This document shows positions 9,101-18,817 of a stretch of DNA of 64,000 nt, in pieces. Where the stretch lies: the IMG/VR virus record IMGVR_UViG_3300024239_000017, one strand, 5' to 3'. Numbering within the stretch: the stretch's first letter is position 1; each line of letters begins with the position of its first letter. The stretch comes from a virus. Both the position numbers and the translations under genes were made by a program. The notes beneath the pieces were generated by a model that had not been told where the DNA came from, made no database searches, and saw nothing but the letters and a program-made list of their open reading frames with translations.

Positions 9101-12040
9101 TAGCTCGTTTTTACTATTTAATTTATCATATACATGTTTAATATCTGAAGCTGTTGGTTTATAGTCTTCTGACAATTTATCTTCTGTAATTACCTCTTTA
9201 GTTTCTTGTAAAGACTTATTTTTTATATACTCGCCCTCAACATATTTATTAAACAATTGTTTTAATGTATCTCTAGTTAAATCATTAATTGATTTATTTT
9301 TCTTGGCTCTTAATGAACCAAATAAACCATTATATGATTTTGGAGAAAATTCTTGATTAGTTATATTATTTATTAGATCAGAATATGATTTATAAGCGGT
9401 TGTAGCATTGTCATATTGATTAAATAATTTAGATAATAATATCTTATCATTTGGACTTAATTCTAATCCTTGTATAGCTTTATTTAAGTCGTTTACTTCA
9501 TTATCAAAATTATCTAAATCTATTCTACTAGCATAACCAGTCTTACCCATTTTTGAGTAGAAATTATCTAATATTGTTTTTTCTAACATAGATAATTTTT
9601 CTGATGCTTTAGATAACTCTTCCTGTGCTAATGCTATATCTCTATTAAGTTTAATTTTTTGTTCTGCTGATTCTGGAGAAACTTCTTTATTATTAAGTTT
9701 CACCATTTTATCTGTAAGTCTACTTATTTTACCCTTTGCTTCACTAACTATTTTGTTTAGATTGAAATAATTTTCTCTTTCTAAATTAGTCATATTTTTT
9801 AAAGCAGTTATAGCACCAAGTTTTTCAGAAATTTCTTTTCCTGCTAATGTCTGTGATAATTTATTTTGTATAGCATCAAATGTTTGTGATGCAAATCTTT
9901 CATTAAATTTAGACATTGCTGTTGAGAAAGCTAAAGCATTTGATAACATTTCTCCGTTTACTTGAACAGTTTTATCACCAACTTTAATATCTGATAAACC
10001 TGCTGTATTATTTCCAAAAATATATCTTCCAGCTTTTAAAGCATTACCATAATCATCTGATAATTCATTTATATACTGAATTTGTTCATTTTTGTAATCT
10101 TCCACTTCTGATAAATCAAGACCTGTATTATCTGCTATGACTTGTGGATCTATACCTTTTATGGTATCTACCATATTTTTTACAAATACCTCTTCTTTTC
10201 CTATACTATGATATGCGTCAAGCATTGACACCATTGTCTGAGCTTGTAAAGAAGCTTGAAGTAATTTATCCTCACTATTTTCCGCTTTACTTAATTTTTC
10301 ACTAAGTGCTTGAAATCTATTAGCGTGAGAAAATAATGCTGTAGTCCACTCATTAGTGTACTGGTTAGATGAAATTTCATTAAAGAACTTATCACCTTTA
10401 TTATAAACTTCCGCTATTTTTTCTTGCGTTTTATATTGTTTAGAAACAGTTTCATTACCTGTTACAGTTCCTACTCCGCCCATAAGTCCACCTATTAGTG
10501 CACCTATTATTACTTCCTCCCTACCTTCTTTTGTGCCAAACTGATCTTTCATGGCCTTACTAAAGGCATCTATGTAGTTTGATGTGACATTTGTATATTT
10601 TGGATCATAAGAACTGGCAACATAATTTTTATATGTATTACTGGCTACACCTTGCATTCCCTCTTCATATACACCCTCTACAAGACCGCCTTTTATAATA
10701 GGTGATGCATAAGCTAATGATTTTTGCAAAAGAGTTGGTTTTAGAGCTTTGTAAATTCCTTCGGAAGTTTTCTCTACACCCATTCCTAGTAATGCGCTAT
10801 TTAATATTTTACCGTTACTAGTTACAGCTTTTGATAATGGATTACTTAAATTTAAAAAATTACCCATCATCATTAAATTAGATGGCATTAATATTGCCAT
10901 ATTAGCAAAAAATACACCATTTGCAGAACTACTTAACTTATCAGAAAATTTGTTTATTTCTTCCTCTGTAGGAGTTGTACCTCTTTCTCTATGAAAATCC
11001 CAAAATTTCTGTTCTGCTTCTTTAGCATAATGTCTCGCTTCAAAACCAGCTTCGTATAAAGGTGATGTTAAAGCAAATCTTGTTTTTACTAACATGTCAC
11101 CCATTTTACCTTTGCTAGCTACTTTAGCTAAATCTTTAGAAGCTGTTTCTCCTAGATTTGACATTATACCTTTAAACCAATTAGCACCTTTACCTATATT
11201 GCTTTCTACTTTTGATGCTACAGTCATTTCAGGTGTAGTCATTAATCTAAGGGCTCTAGCTACTTTATTACCTTTGGATACTAATTCTCCTGTTTTCAAT
11301 GCAGATCTCGCTGCTGTAGAAGATAAACTTACACCACCTGTAAGTGTTGCTAGTATAGCTTCTGCGGCAAGTAATCTAGTAGTAAATTCTGCTCCGCCTA
11401 AAACTTTATCAAATGTTTGTAGATTAAGTCCTAAATTTTGTTCTCTTTCTACTTCATTATAATAATTTTTATAATCGAAATTTGTTTTTGTAGTTAAATC
11501 ATCTACCCATTTCATATAATCATTATCATATATGGCATCAAATCTACCTGATATTGCAGCCGCCCCTATTCCATAAACACTTCCAACTAAATCCAATGGT
11601 GCTTTTGCTGTATTGAAAAATAATCTTTTTACAGGATTCATAAATTTTTCAAAGTCAGTTTGCATTGCTGACAGTCTAGCATCATTATCTACACCATAAA
11701 CATATGATTTATATTTAGGTGTCCATTTAGCTGAATCTAATGCTGATTGTTCATGAGTATCCCTAATATCAATAGTTCTATCAATATCTATTTTATTTTT
11801 ATTTGGAAACGCACTCTCTACTATACTATCAGCGCTTTCACCCAGTTTATTAAAAGAGTCCATTCTTTGTAATGAATCAAACCTAACATTATTGGTGAAC
11901 GCCAATGTTGCTGGATCTGGTACAGCAGGTGCTGTTGGTAGATTATTAAGATCCATTCCGTCTACTTGTGTAGACGGTGGAACTATTGTATCAGTGAAAC
12001 TTGATGTATTTATTTGTGGTAAATAACTATTTGGATCCAT
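6179..12040 (-). CDS. Large internal virion/ejection protein, possible membrane-channel component
   Basis: 1953 aa; hydrophobic Gly/Ala segments (AEAILATLTGGVSL, IIGALIGGLMGGVG), long coiled coils; downstream of muzzle as in crAss-like phages. Confidence 0.65.
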   Translation of the reverse strand: MDPNSYLPQINTSSFTDTIVPPSTQVDGMDLNNLPTAPAVPDPATLAFTNNVRFDSLQRMDSFNKLGESADSIVESAFPNKNKIDIDRTIDIRDTHEQSALDSAKWTPKYKSYVYGVDNDARLSAMQTDFEKFMNPVKRLFFNTAKAPLDLVGSVYGIGAAAISGRFDAIYDNDYMKWVDDLTTKTNFDYKNYYNEVEREQNLGLNLQTFDKVLGGAEFTTRLLAAEAILATLTGGVSLSSTAARSALKTGELVSKGNKVARALRLMTTPEMTVASKVESNIGKGANWFKGIMSNLGETASKDLAKVASKGKMGDMLVKTRFALTSPLYEAGFEARHYAKEAEQKFWDFHRERGTTPTEEEINKFSDKLSSSANGVFFANMAILMPSNLMMMGNFLNLSNPLSKAVTSNGKILNSALLGMGVEKTSEGIYKALKPTLLQKSLAYASPIIKGGLVEGVYEEGMQGVASNTYKNYVASSYDPKYTNVTSNYIDAFSKAMKDQFGTKEGREEVIIGALIGGLMGGVGTVTGNETVSKQYKTQEKIAEVYNKGDKFFNEISSNQYTNEWTTALFSHANRFQALSEKLSKAENSEDKLLQASLQAQTMVSMLDAYHSIGKEEVFVKNMVDTIKGIDPQVIADNTGLDLSEVEDYKNEQIQYINELSDDYGNALKAGRYIFGNNTAGLSDIKVGDKTVQVNGEMLSNALAFSTAMSKFNERFASQTFDAIQNKLSQTLAGKEISEKLGAITALKNMTNLERENYFNLNKIVSEAKGKISRLTDKMVKLNNKEVSPESAEQKIKLNRDIALAQEELSKASEKLSMLEKTILDNFYSKMGKTGYASRIDLDNFDNEVNDLNKAIQGLELSPNDKILLSKLFNQYDNATTAYKSYSDLINNITNQEFSPKSYNGLFGSLRAKKNKSINDLTRDTLKQLFNKYVEGEYIKNKSLQETKEVITEDKLSEDYKPTASDIKHVYDKLNSKNELTELEQKYYENHKKLIDNFDKTYTENKTLIIDLKTVQLNYNKVQLSNILNGEFNEELSEKIASIQEQIDDLNEKEVITTDELDPIVEDLNNQIKEIESKIESIENQLVPKQTIEKNISTVKESNYTQYEYIKPNGDVIVGNLEINKGILQIVNEDEIVDIQEETLPLEKVDTSNIKDLKKLEEDDILIEGNEAYINGKLYKVTLRNGTIDNSIFKDKNGNYVVQLQARNGRIISFKGSTADAIVYNHLLNKLENEFTEQKNREIRELAERVLEVEKLYEELISKTEDRNSRISEIDRQNRILESDLKNKLSELEDKKVELVQKEVIRLEEEIARLNGEVDSIAKKIRIEEEIEQLSNDILLGLVDDNVSATKKLTLLKMELASIKNPVSEFDPNSSPYEQLKWVVENSYESDFTDVETLANIGKPEQEDIDELIELSNKKNRNSTDKKRLAVLREKLSPFNIVNNLFIEGVSLLDVINLYNQLKNIKESSEQQDIETSEQQLNSLIHQVENVELDEGYRSEKTGLVYDGAYIKKRRDRYELSHIKLSSILNSALQNGLTPEIVVYEIDSNGNKNILEKIDINDENVEYVSEIYEGKNNIKVNLSEDNYLVKNINETAFSIEGNIDTFLSLLGLKAYAITGQPSSYVLLYSTNSDGTLSPKESEFTVTSDGTQIMFDKEALNSLKSGDEVTLEFDPNNDYNQGLSSTEYESKGVIYVKHNGKLVQILKGTDNTTSKQWAELKALRKKVIKNPTKTYSIKVDKSYLGLPIIQLTSDSKPIENNIDESKVVSYGYVDNDGVVKTFKGDIKIDNDQYIRPLTKSGKKSPIVVFKYGNNNIAFPINVKPENVDLDADVDNIVNDSISKEAKFFKLNALLDTYGLLNESTAVTSENYNLNSIKNTLSNVYDTIDISSEEELLKSDRTIYINMEDPFMSNKLVFKLGDNINEATKDIPEKAVSSISTVDMKGIFESEDNMC

Positions 12041-14972
12041 TTATTACTGCTTTTATTCTTTGTTGTATTAAGTCTGTTGCTAATTTTTCTGATATTGCAT
12101 CTAGACTGTTTCTATTATATACCGCATCTTGTGGTTCAGACATATAAATCAATTGGTTATTTTGTCTAGCAACTATAGACCATTTATCGTTTATAGGTTC
12201 TGTACTTATATTAATAGGGGTACTTAATATATTCTTTATTTCTTCTGAGTATTTATTTATAATCTCCTCTCCATAAACAGCTTTGAAATTTTTGTAAATA
12301 TCTTCTTGTGTTACAGGAGGATTCTTATAAGCCTCGTATCTTTTTTGCTCTGGTAGATAATCTATGGTTTCCAAGAAAGATTCTTTGTTATCTACAATAT
12401 CTACTGTTTTATTATATTTTACTGCGTTTGGATTAGAAGCTGAGTATATAGATTTTTTATCTTCAAAACTAACGGAATTTATTACTTGTGGTGGTAAATC
12501 CTCTATTTTAATATTATCAAAAGTCTGTGTTTCATATTCATCACCGTCTTTTACTGATGCTATTATTTTAGCCATCCCTTTTTCCTTATCCACTACTATT
12601 TTAAGATTACTATCTTTTTCCAATTGAGTCCCTGTTGGAAGAGAAGCCATTATATCTGGCATCATTTTTTTAAACTTGTCATCTCCTAAATATATGTTTA
12701 GTGATTTAGGTGCGTTGTAGGAATAATCTGTCAGTTTATTTGAGTTATTTTTTACAGTATTTTTAACTCTTTCTTTAAATTGCGCAGTATTAAATCCGAT
12801 TTTATCAGTATCTATATCCCTACTGTCTAATGACTCTAAGTTTGTATTGGCATTTAACAAATCTCTATTACTTGTTTCTATTGTTGAACGAATCCCTCTT
12901 CTGTTAAAAGAACCATCTCTTATGTTTTTAAGATAATCATTGAAATCTTTTGCGTATGTAGAATTGGAATCTGAATTTAACATTTTTTCAAAAGTTTGAG
13001 CATAAGTTAAATACTTACTAATTTCTGTACCTACGTTTGTTGATAATAACTCTTGCGTAAATTTTTCCAATACTCCCTTGCTACTATAATTAGAAGTGTA
13101 AGTTAATTTATTTACAATATCTCTAGCTTTGTCTGAAGATATTTTATTTCCTTTTTCATCTTTAATGTTTTGGGCTTCTATTGATATTAATCTTTTTATT
13201 TGCATTTTTTCTGCGGCGGACATATCCTCATCCATTAATAGTGTATTATATACACCTATTACTTGAGCTGCTTTTGCAAAATTATCATTTCTATTATTTA
13301 ATACCGTTCCTTTTACAACATTTCCTTCTTTATCTATAGTATAACCATTATTAGCATATTCTAGTATTTTTTTAGTATCTTCTTTTGTTTTTGGAGATTT
13401 TATACCCTCTAAAAATTTCAAACTATTACTTCTTATATTACCCAACCCTTCATCTATTTTTCTAAGTGCCCCTACTGTTGATTTTGTATTATCAATAATT
13501 GCTTTACTTTCTTCTGATAAGTGATCATAAAGTACTCCCATTTTCCCTGGAGCGTTTACTAATCCCCATGCTAATGATTTTGGATCTTTTGCTTTTGCTT
13601 TTACTGATTCTAAAAGTTTTTCATTTTTAGGATCGTTAAGTATTTGCTCTATTTCAGATGTAACGGTAGTATTCATTAATTTAGAATTTTCTGTATTCTG
13701 TTTATCAGCTTTTACAAAACCGTCTTCTACTTCAGCATCCTCTGGGTTAAAAGGTTCATCTCTTGTTGGAATTTTATTTTGATTAAAAGGATTATTAGGA
13801 TTCTCAACAACTGTTCCATCAGGATTAAGATCAAACCCTATTTTATTATACTCTAATTTTAATTTCATGAATTCCTGTTCAGAATCCATATTCATTTTAT
13901 CACGGTCAAGTTGATTTTTTATATCATCTTGACTCATATTATAATTGAATTTTGCTATTTCAAAACCACTATTATCTACAAAAGAATCTACTAATCTATC
14001 ATAAGAAAGGAAACTGGTATTTTTTGCATAAAAATTATTAGTATAAAGTTTATTTATGATATTATCTCTGTTAAACGCTGTTTTTTTATCATCTAGTAAA
14101 TTAGATTTAAAACTATCTAACTTATCTATTTCTTGTTTTATTTGATTTTTAATAGTTGAATTTGTTGGTTTTGTTAATTGCAAATTTAACTCTGCCTTTC
14201 TATCCTCTATATAATTTATATTGGCGTCGATATTACTATCATAATCTGCTTTAAGTTCCTCGTCTTTTTTATCTCTATATGTGTACCACCCATCAATATA
14301 TAATTGATTTTTAAGTTCAGGTGTCATCATCATATCTATAAAATCCTTAGCAGTTTCCATAGATATTTTTTCCTTTTTACCTATTCTTGTAAACCAAGAA
14401 TTTCCTCCTATTTCATCATAATGATATTCTACACCAAAATCTTTAAGTATTTTAGAGTTTTCTAATATATGTTTCTGTACGTCTTTGTATGGTACATATG
14501 GTCTAGCATTATATTTATCTCCTGCTTCTTTAGAAGAAAGGTATCTATTTAAGTCTGCTGTAGCGAATTCTTGATTCTGTAGTGACCACATATCAGGCTT
14601 AGTTTTCTTAATATTTTCTATCTCCTCTATTTGTTTTCTATAAGCTTTTGTAGAAGCAACTGCATTTAATACCTTTTCATCTATAGCACTTGATATATAT
14701 GACTGAACTTCATTTGTTATATTCTTTTTAGACCAGTCTCTTGTGCCTGATTCATTTATATAACCTACTATACTTTTTAATCTTTCTCCAAGATATTCTT
14801 TATCCACATCTTTTAATAAATCTGTATTACTATATTGATTTATTAATTGCTGGGTTTGCATCGTATTTACATCATAGTTTTGTTGTAAATACGTTGCTGC
14901 TTTTCCCAATGTATTAGATATGTCTAGCTGTACTGGATCTCTATATGTATCTATTCTATATGCTGTAGCCAT
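12027..14972 (-). CDS. Internal virion cargo protein
   Basis: 981 aa, helical, no Cys; synteny with crAss-like cargo genes. Confidence 0.6.
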   Translation of the reverse strand: MATAYRIDTYRDPVQLDISNTLGKAATYLQQNYDVNTMQTQQLINQYSNTDLLKDVDKEYLGERLKSIVGYINESGTRDWSKKNITNEVQSYISSAIDEKVLNAVASTKAYRKQIEEIENIKKTKPDMWSLQNQEFATADLNRYLSSKEAGDKYNARPYVPYKDVQKHILENSKILKDFGVEYHYDEIGGNSWFTRIGKKEKISMETAKDFIDMMMTPELKNQLYIDGWYTYRDKKDEELKADYDSNIDANINYIEDRKAELNLQLTKPTNSTIKNQIKQEIDKLDSFKSNLLDDKKTAFNRDNIINKLYTNNFYAKNTSFLSYDRLVDSFVDNSGFEIAKFNYNMSQDDIKNQLDRDKMNMDSEQEFMKLKLEYNKIGFDLNPDGTVVENPNNPFNQNKIPTRDEPFNPEDAEVEDGFVKADKQNTENSKLMNTTVTSEIEQILNDPKNEKLLESVKAKAKDPKSLAWGLVNAPGKMGVLYDHLSEESKAIIDNTKSTVGALRKIDEGLGNIRSNSLKFLEGIKSPKTKEDTKKILEYANNGYTIDKEGNVVKGTVLNNRNDNFAKAAQVIGVYNTLLMDEDMSAAEKMQIKRLISIEAQNIKDEKGNKISSDKARDIVNKLTYTSNYSSKGVLEKFTQELLSTNVGTEISKYLTYAQTFEKMLNSDSNSTYAKDFNDYLKNIRDGSFNRRGIRSTIETSNRDLLNANTNLESLDSRDIDTDKIGFNTAQFKERVKNTVKNNSNKLTDYSYNAPKSLNIYLGDDKFKKMMPDIMASLPTGTQLEKDSNLKIVVDKEKGMAKIIASVKDGDEYETQTFDNIKIEDLPPQVINSVSFEDKKSIYSASNPNAVKYNKTVDIVDNKESFLETIDYLPEQKRYEAYKNPPVTQEDIYKNFKAVYGEEIINKYSEEIKNILSTPINISTEPINDKWSIVARQNNQLIYMSEPQDAVYNRNSLDAISEKLATDLIQQRIKAVINGSK

Positions 14973-17960
14973 CTATTTTAAATATTTCTTTATATTTTTA
15001 GAAAGTAGTAATCCACCTCTTTTTTTATTTTCTTTTTTATCATTTACTTTTTCAGCTTTTTCAACCTCCTTAGTATTAGGATTAATTCTATATAATTGAT
15101 CATTATAATAAAAAACATTTGGATCTCCTACTTGTGTTACTTGTCCAAGACTATTAATTTTATAATTAGGGTTTATAGCGTTGAAAGTATTAACTTGGTT
15201 TTGTAAATTCCAATTATTAACATTTTCAAGATTTTTCTTATCTATATAATTTCTCCAACTTGCTATGAAATTGTCTTGTGCATCTTGCGCAGACTTTTCA
15301 TATTCGTCCATTTTACCTGTATTATAAATATCTCTTTTATTTATTCTTTCCTCATTTATATTTTCAACATTCCTTCTATCTTGTGCATTAGCCATTGAAG
15401 TGCTATAATAAGCTTGATTTATAGCATCATTGGTTTGAGCTTGAAGATTAGCCATCGCAGCTCCTGCTGTATAAGGATTATTTTCCATTATCATAGAAGA
15501 AGCAGTATTATACTTTCTATTTAACTCTCTTATTGTTTCTTCTGGTGAAACATATATAGGAGTAGCCTCATAACTTCCGATTGTTCTAAGAGAAGGTTGA
15601 AGTAAATTAGGAGGTAAATTAGATTGATTTGGTACTAATAAAGGCATTGTGTTACCATTATTATCCTGTCTTACTGAAGGTGGTAATCCAACTTTAGACG
15701 TAGATGTATTGGTATTATTTGAAACAGCTTCTTTATCAGAAGAAACTTTATTAGTAATAGGATTAAAATATAGTCCTGTTTTATTACTTGAGTATATGGT
15801 TTTACCGTTTACGTCTTCTACTTTTTTATAATCTCCTTCTTTTATAAAATTATCAAGTTCTTGTTGATTATTAAAATTTACGTCTTGTACATCTGCGAAT
15901 CTATAAAACCATTTATTATCTACAAAGTTAGAATCTACATATTTTTTATAAGCCTCTTCATTAGTAGATCTCTTATCAGTTATTAGTTGTATAAGTTTTC
16001 CCATATTTTCTTTGGGAACCATACTCTGAGAACCTACCAATATCTTATTATCTTTTACCTTTACACCTAAAGCTTTAAGTTCTTCTTGATTAACTAAACC
16101 GTTATCCAAAGCTGTTTGTAATCCTTTTTGTGTTGGGGCGACATTTGAAGAGTAGTGTTTAGAAGTTTCTGGATATGTTTCTGTAAATTTTTTCTGTGCT
16201 AAACCAGCCAACTTATCTTGTCCTTCTTGTGTCGCTAACTCTTTGGAATCATACGTTATCCCTAATCTATCTAAAATAGTTTTAAGTCTTTCTCCTTGTT
16301 TTTTAATATCACCTTTTTCGTAAGTCGGATCCCAAGTATAACTATCTATTATTTTTTTGAAATCTCCTACTTTTAGACCTGCTTGTGCGTATTCAACTGT
16401 ACCCTCTTCTGTTCCCTCGTCATTAGACTTATCATCAACTTGTTGTGATCCTTGAGATTGTTGTAATTCTCCTACCATTTGTGATATGGCTTGTTCTAAT
16501 TGAGAATCATCTAATTGTTGTAACTGTTGTACTATTTCAGCTGGATTTTGTCCTGTTAACTGTGAATAAGCTATTATTATCTGCTCTAATTCATTTGAAG
16601 ATTCTTCTTGAGGAACCATCTGTTCATTATCAGAGGGTTGTGCTACTTCACCACCTTGTTGTTTTTTAAAGTTATATCCACCGTCTTCTTTACTTTCCTC
16701 TTGTCTATTATAAACATAGTTTGTAAATACTTCTAATTCACTCTCTAGTTCTTTTTTAGATACTTCAATTTCTTTAAGTTTATTAGTAAGTAATTCCATA
16801 TTAACACTTTTAGAACCTTCGAATTCAACGTCTTGTTGCTTATTTATTTTTTTATAAATATCTTCTTGTTGTTCTAAAATATCAGTTAATCCTATTTTTT
16901 TCTTATATTTATCTATTACTGTTGAAAATGTATTTGAATGTTTTGTATTTATATCAAATTCTTTTTTAAATTCTGTTGCTAACTTTGAACCTATTTTTAA
17001 ATAATCTGATATTACTTTTGTGCCGTCTGGTACATTCAACATTTCTCCACCTTGTGAGTGTTTATTCCCTAGAACTTCCATTGTAGAACCATCGGGTGTC
17101 TGTAAATATTCTCCTTTTTCAACTTCTACATTTGGATTAGGATGGTCTTCATTACCTTGAATGAAATTTCCTGTCATCATTTTCTCTACTTCACCACCTT
17201 TTTGCATATAAGATCTTCTAGCTTTATTTTGTGCATCAATGAGATCTTGTTCTTTTTCATTAGCGGCTTCTTGTAATATCTTATAAGCTCCTGCTCCTGA
17301 TAAAGCATTTCTTGCTCCTGAAAGTAATAATTTTCCTGAGGCTCCAACTACTCCTAAAGCATTTTTATCTTGTGCAAATGCACCTAATGCAGTAGCTGTA
17401 TTTTCCATATTCCAACCTCCGTAAGGATTTATAGGACTTGTAAACGCTCCGTTATTACTATTAACATTATTTTTCTGTACTTCCTCACCAGCTTTTCTTT
17501 GAACCTCGTTATAATCAACAGGTACATCTAAAGCTGTAGCCATCTTGTCTTTTTGTGACGCTTTATATTTCTCTGCTTCAGCTATATCTTCCATAGTAGG
17601 AGGTAATATAGTAGGTGCGCTCGTTAAATATGGAGACGGTGACTGGTTACCGTATACTGTGATTCCTTCTAAAGAATTATCTATAGGAGGTATTACCAAT
17701 GGGCTTTTGATTTTTCCCCAATCCGCTTGAGCATATGGAACTTCTAATACACCTTCTACATCATTTTCAAACTGTATGTCTGAATCTCCTGGTTTTGCAA
17801 TCTTTTTTCTGTTATATTGTGGTACTCCATTTACAATAGGAACAAGCGTCAAACTTTTACTAACACCTTCCATAGTAATTAAATTGCCTGGGATAATATT
17901 ATAACTCCTATTTGAGTGTGGAGAGTTATCTTTATAACCTGTTATTGATAGATTGTTCAT
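14973..17960 (-). CDS. Internal cargo protein (crAss cargo protein 1-like) with repeated QxGG motifs
   Basis: EVEKGEY..GNKHSQGGE domain; YMQKGG, KKQQGG, YAQAG, KKRGG; Q-rich segments. Confidence 0.65.
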   Translation of the reverse strand: MNNLSITGYKDNSPHSNRSYNIIPGNLITMEGVSKSLTLVPIVNGVPQYNRKKIAKPGDSDIQFENDVEGVLEVPYAQADWGKIKSPLVIPPIDNSLEGITVYGNQSPSPYLTSAPTILPPTMEDIAEAEKYKASQKDKMATALDVPVDYNEVQRKAGEEVQKNNVNSNNGAFTSPINPYGGWNMENTATALGAFAQDKNALGVVGASGKLLLSGARNALSGAGAYKILQEAANEKEQDLIDAQNKARRSYMQKGGEVEKMMTGNFIQGNEDHPNPNVEVEKGEYLQTPDGSTMEVLGNKHSQGGEMLNVPDGTKVISDYLKIGSKLATEFKKEFDINTKHSNTFSTVIDKYKKKIGLTDILEQQEDIYKKINKQQDVEFEGSKSVNMELLTNKLKEIEVSKKELESELEVFTNYVYNRQEESKEDGGYNFKKQQGGEVAQPSDNEQMVPQEESSNELEQIIIAYSQLTGQNPAEIVQQLQQLDDSQLEQAISQMVGELQQSQGSQQVDDKSNDEGTEEGTVEYAQAGLKVGDFKKIIDSYTWDPTYEKGDIKKQGERLKTILDRLGITYDSKELATQEGQDKLAGLAQKKFTETYPETSKHYSSNVAPTQKGLQTALDNGLVNQEELKALGVKVKDNKILVGSQSMVPKENMGKLIQLITDKRSTNEEAYKKYVDSNFVDNKWFYRFADVQDVNFNNQQELDNFIKEGDYKKVEDVNGKTIYSSNKTGLYFNPITNKVSSDKEAVSNNTNTSTSKVGLPPSVRQDNNGNTMPLLVPNQSNLPPNLLQPSLRTIGSYEATPIYVSPEETIRELNRKYNTASSMIMENNPYTAGAAMANLQAQTNDAINQAYYSTSMANAQDRRNVENINEERINKRDIYNTGKMDEYEKSAQDAQDNFIASWRNYIDKKNLENVNNWNLQNQVNTFNAINPNYKINSLGQVTQVGDPNVFYYNDQLYRINPNTKEVEKAEKVNDKKENKKRGGLLLSKNIKKYLK

Positions 17961-17964
17961 TTAC

Positions 17965-18735
17965 TTATATATTTAATTTTATATCGTTGCTTAATACTGA
18001 TTTTGATAATGGTACTGTAGATAAAACTTGTTGTTTTTCCAACTGTTTTTGTTTTAAAACTTCCTCTATATATTTATTTTCTTCTTCTACCATTTTTTTA
18101 TTCTGTTCTTGTACTTTCCTTTCTTCCTCTAATTTAGAATCTCTTATGTATTCTTGCTCTGTTTTATAAGTATTCATTACTGTATTTACAAAATCTGGAC
18201 TTTTTTGATATAATTCTTGTGTTTTACTATCCGTCCAATCTATTACACCGTTTTGCATACCTTTGATTATATCAGTGTATTCTTTTAAATAAGGATTTTC
18301 ATAATTATTGCCGTAATCATTAGATAATGAATTGTTATTTGTTATTCTATCTATATATTCTTTATTATATCTTCCCCAGTTAGATTTATCTGTTCCACCA
18401 TGGTATTCTCTTATTGCCGTATAATAATCTCCATTATTTCTATCTGCCGATTCTTTTAATAAATAGGCCGCCGCTAACGAAGCCTGATCTGGATTCCAAG
18501 CGTCTACACCATACTTTTTAAGTACATTATTTCTAGTTGAAGGAATAAACTGATATACCCCTTTTGCATTAGCACTTGACACCTGGTTTTCATTAGATCT
18601 TTCACCTAATAATCTTACAGACCTTAATATATGTAATGGCACTCCTGTTTTTTTAGAAGCTATTTCATCTGTTTTATCGTAAAAAGGGTCGGTGTATTTT
18701 CTACCACCTTTCTGTAAAAACTGTTTTAATCTCAT
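17965..18735 (-). CDS. Virion-associated lytic transglycosylase (SLT domain)
   Basis: GERS..VSSANAKGVYQFIPST..AAYLL..AIREYHGG SLT motifs. Confidence 0.85.
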   Translation of the reverse strand: MRLKQFLQKGGRKYTDPFYDKTDEIASKKTGVPLHILRSVRLLGERSNENQVSSANAKGVYQFIPSTRNNVLKKYGVDAWNPDQASLAAAYLLKESADRNNGDYYTAIREYHGGTDKSNWGRYNKEYIDRITNNNSLSNDYGNNYENPYLKEYTDIIKGMQNGVIDWTDSKTQELYQKSPDFVNTVMNTYKTEQEYIRDSKLEEERKVQEQNKKMVEEENKYIEEVLKQKQLEKQQVLSTVPLSKSVLSNDIKLNI

Positions 18736-18739
18736 AATA

Positions 18740-18795
18740 CAAAAGTATAAAAAAAATTTAATATTACAAAAAGTATTAATATTTATATTAAAAAA
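18740..18795 (-). promoter_or_regulatory. Late-type promoter cassette, copy 2
   Basis: Identical to 6098-6153; TACTTTTG 4 nt before the ATG. Confidence 0.8.
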
Positions 18796-18813
18796 TCCCC
18801 ATATAGGGGATTT
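18790..18813 (-). terminator. Intrinsic terminator after the muzzle gene
   Basis: aaatcccc/ggggattt stem with U run. Confidence 0.75.
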
Positions 18814-18817
18814 AATA

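Noticed and set aside
71-17960. Virion RNA polymerase expected in crAss-like phages
   Set aside because: No DxDxD (DFDID-type) catalytic motif seen in any of these proteins; it may lie beyond the left edge.
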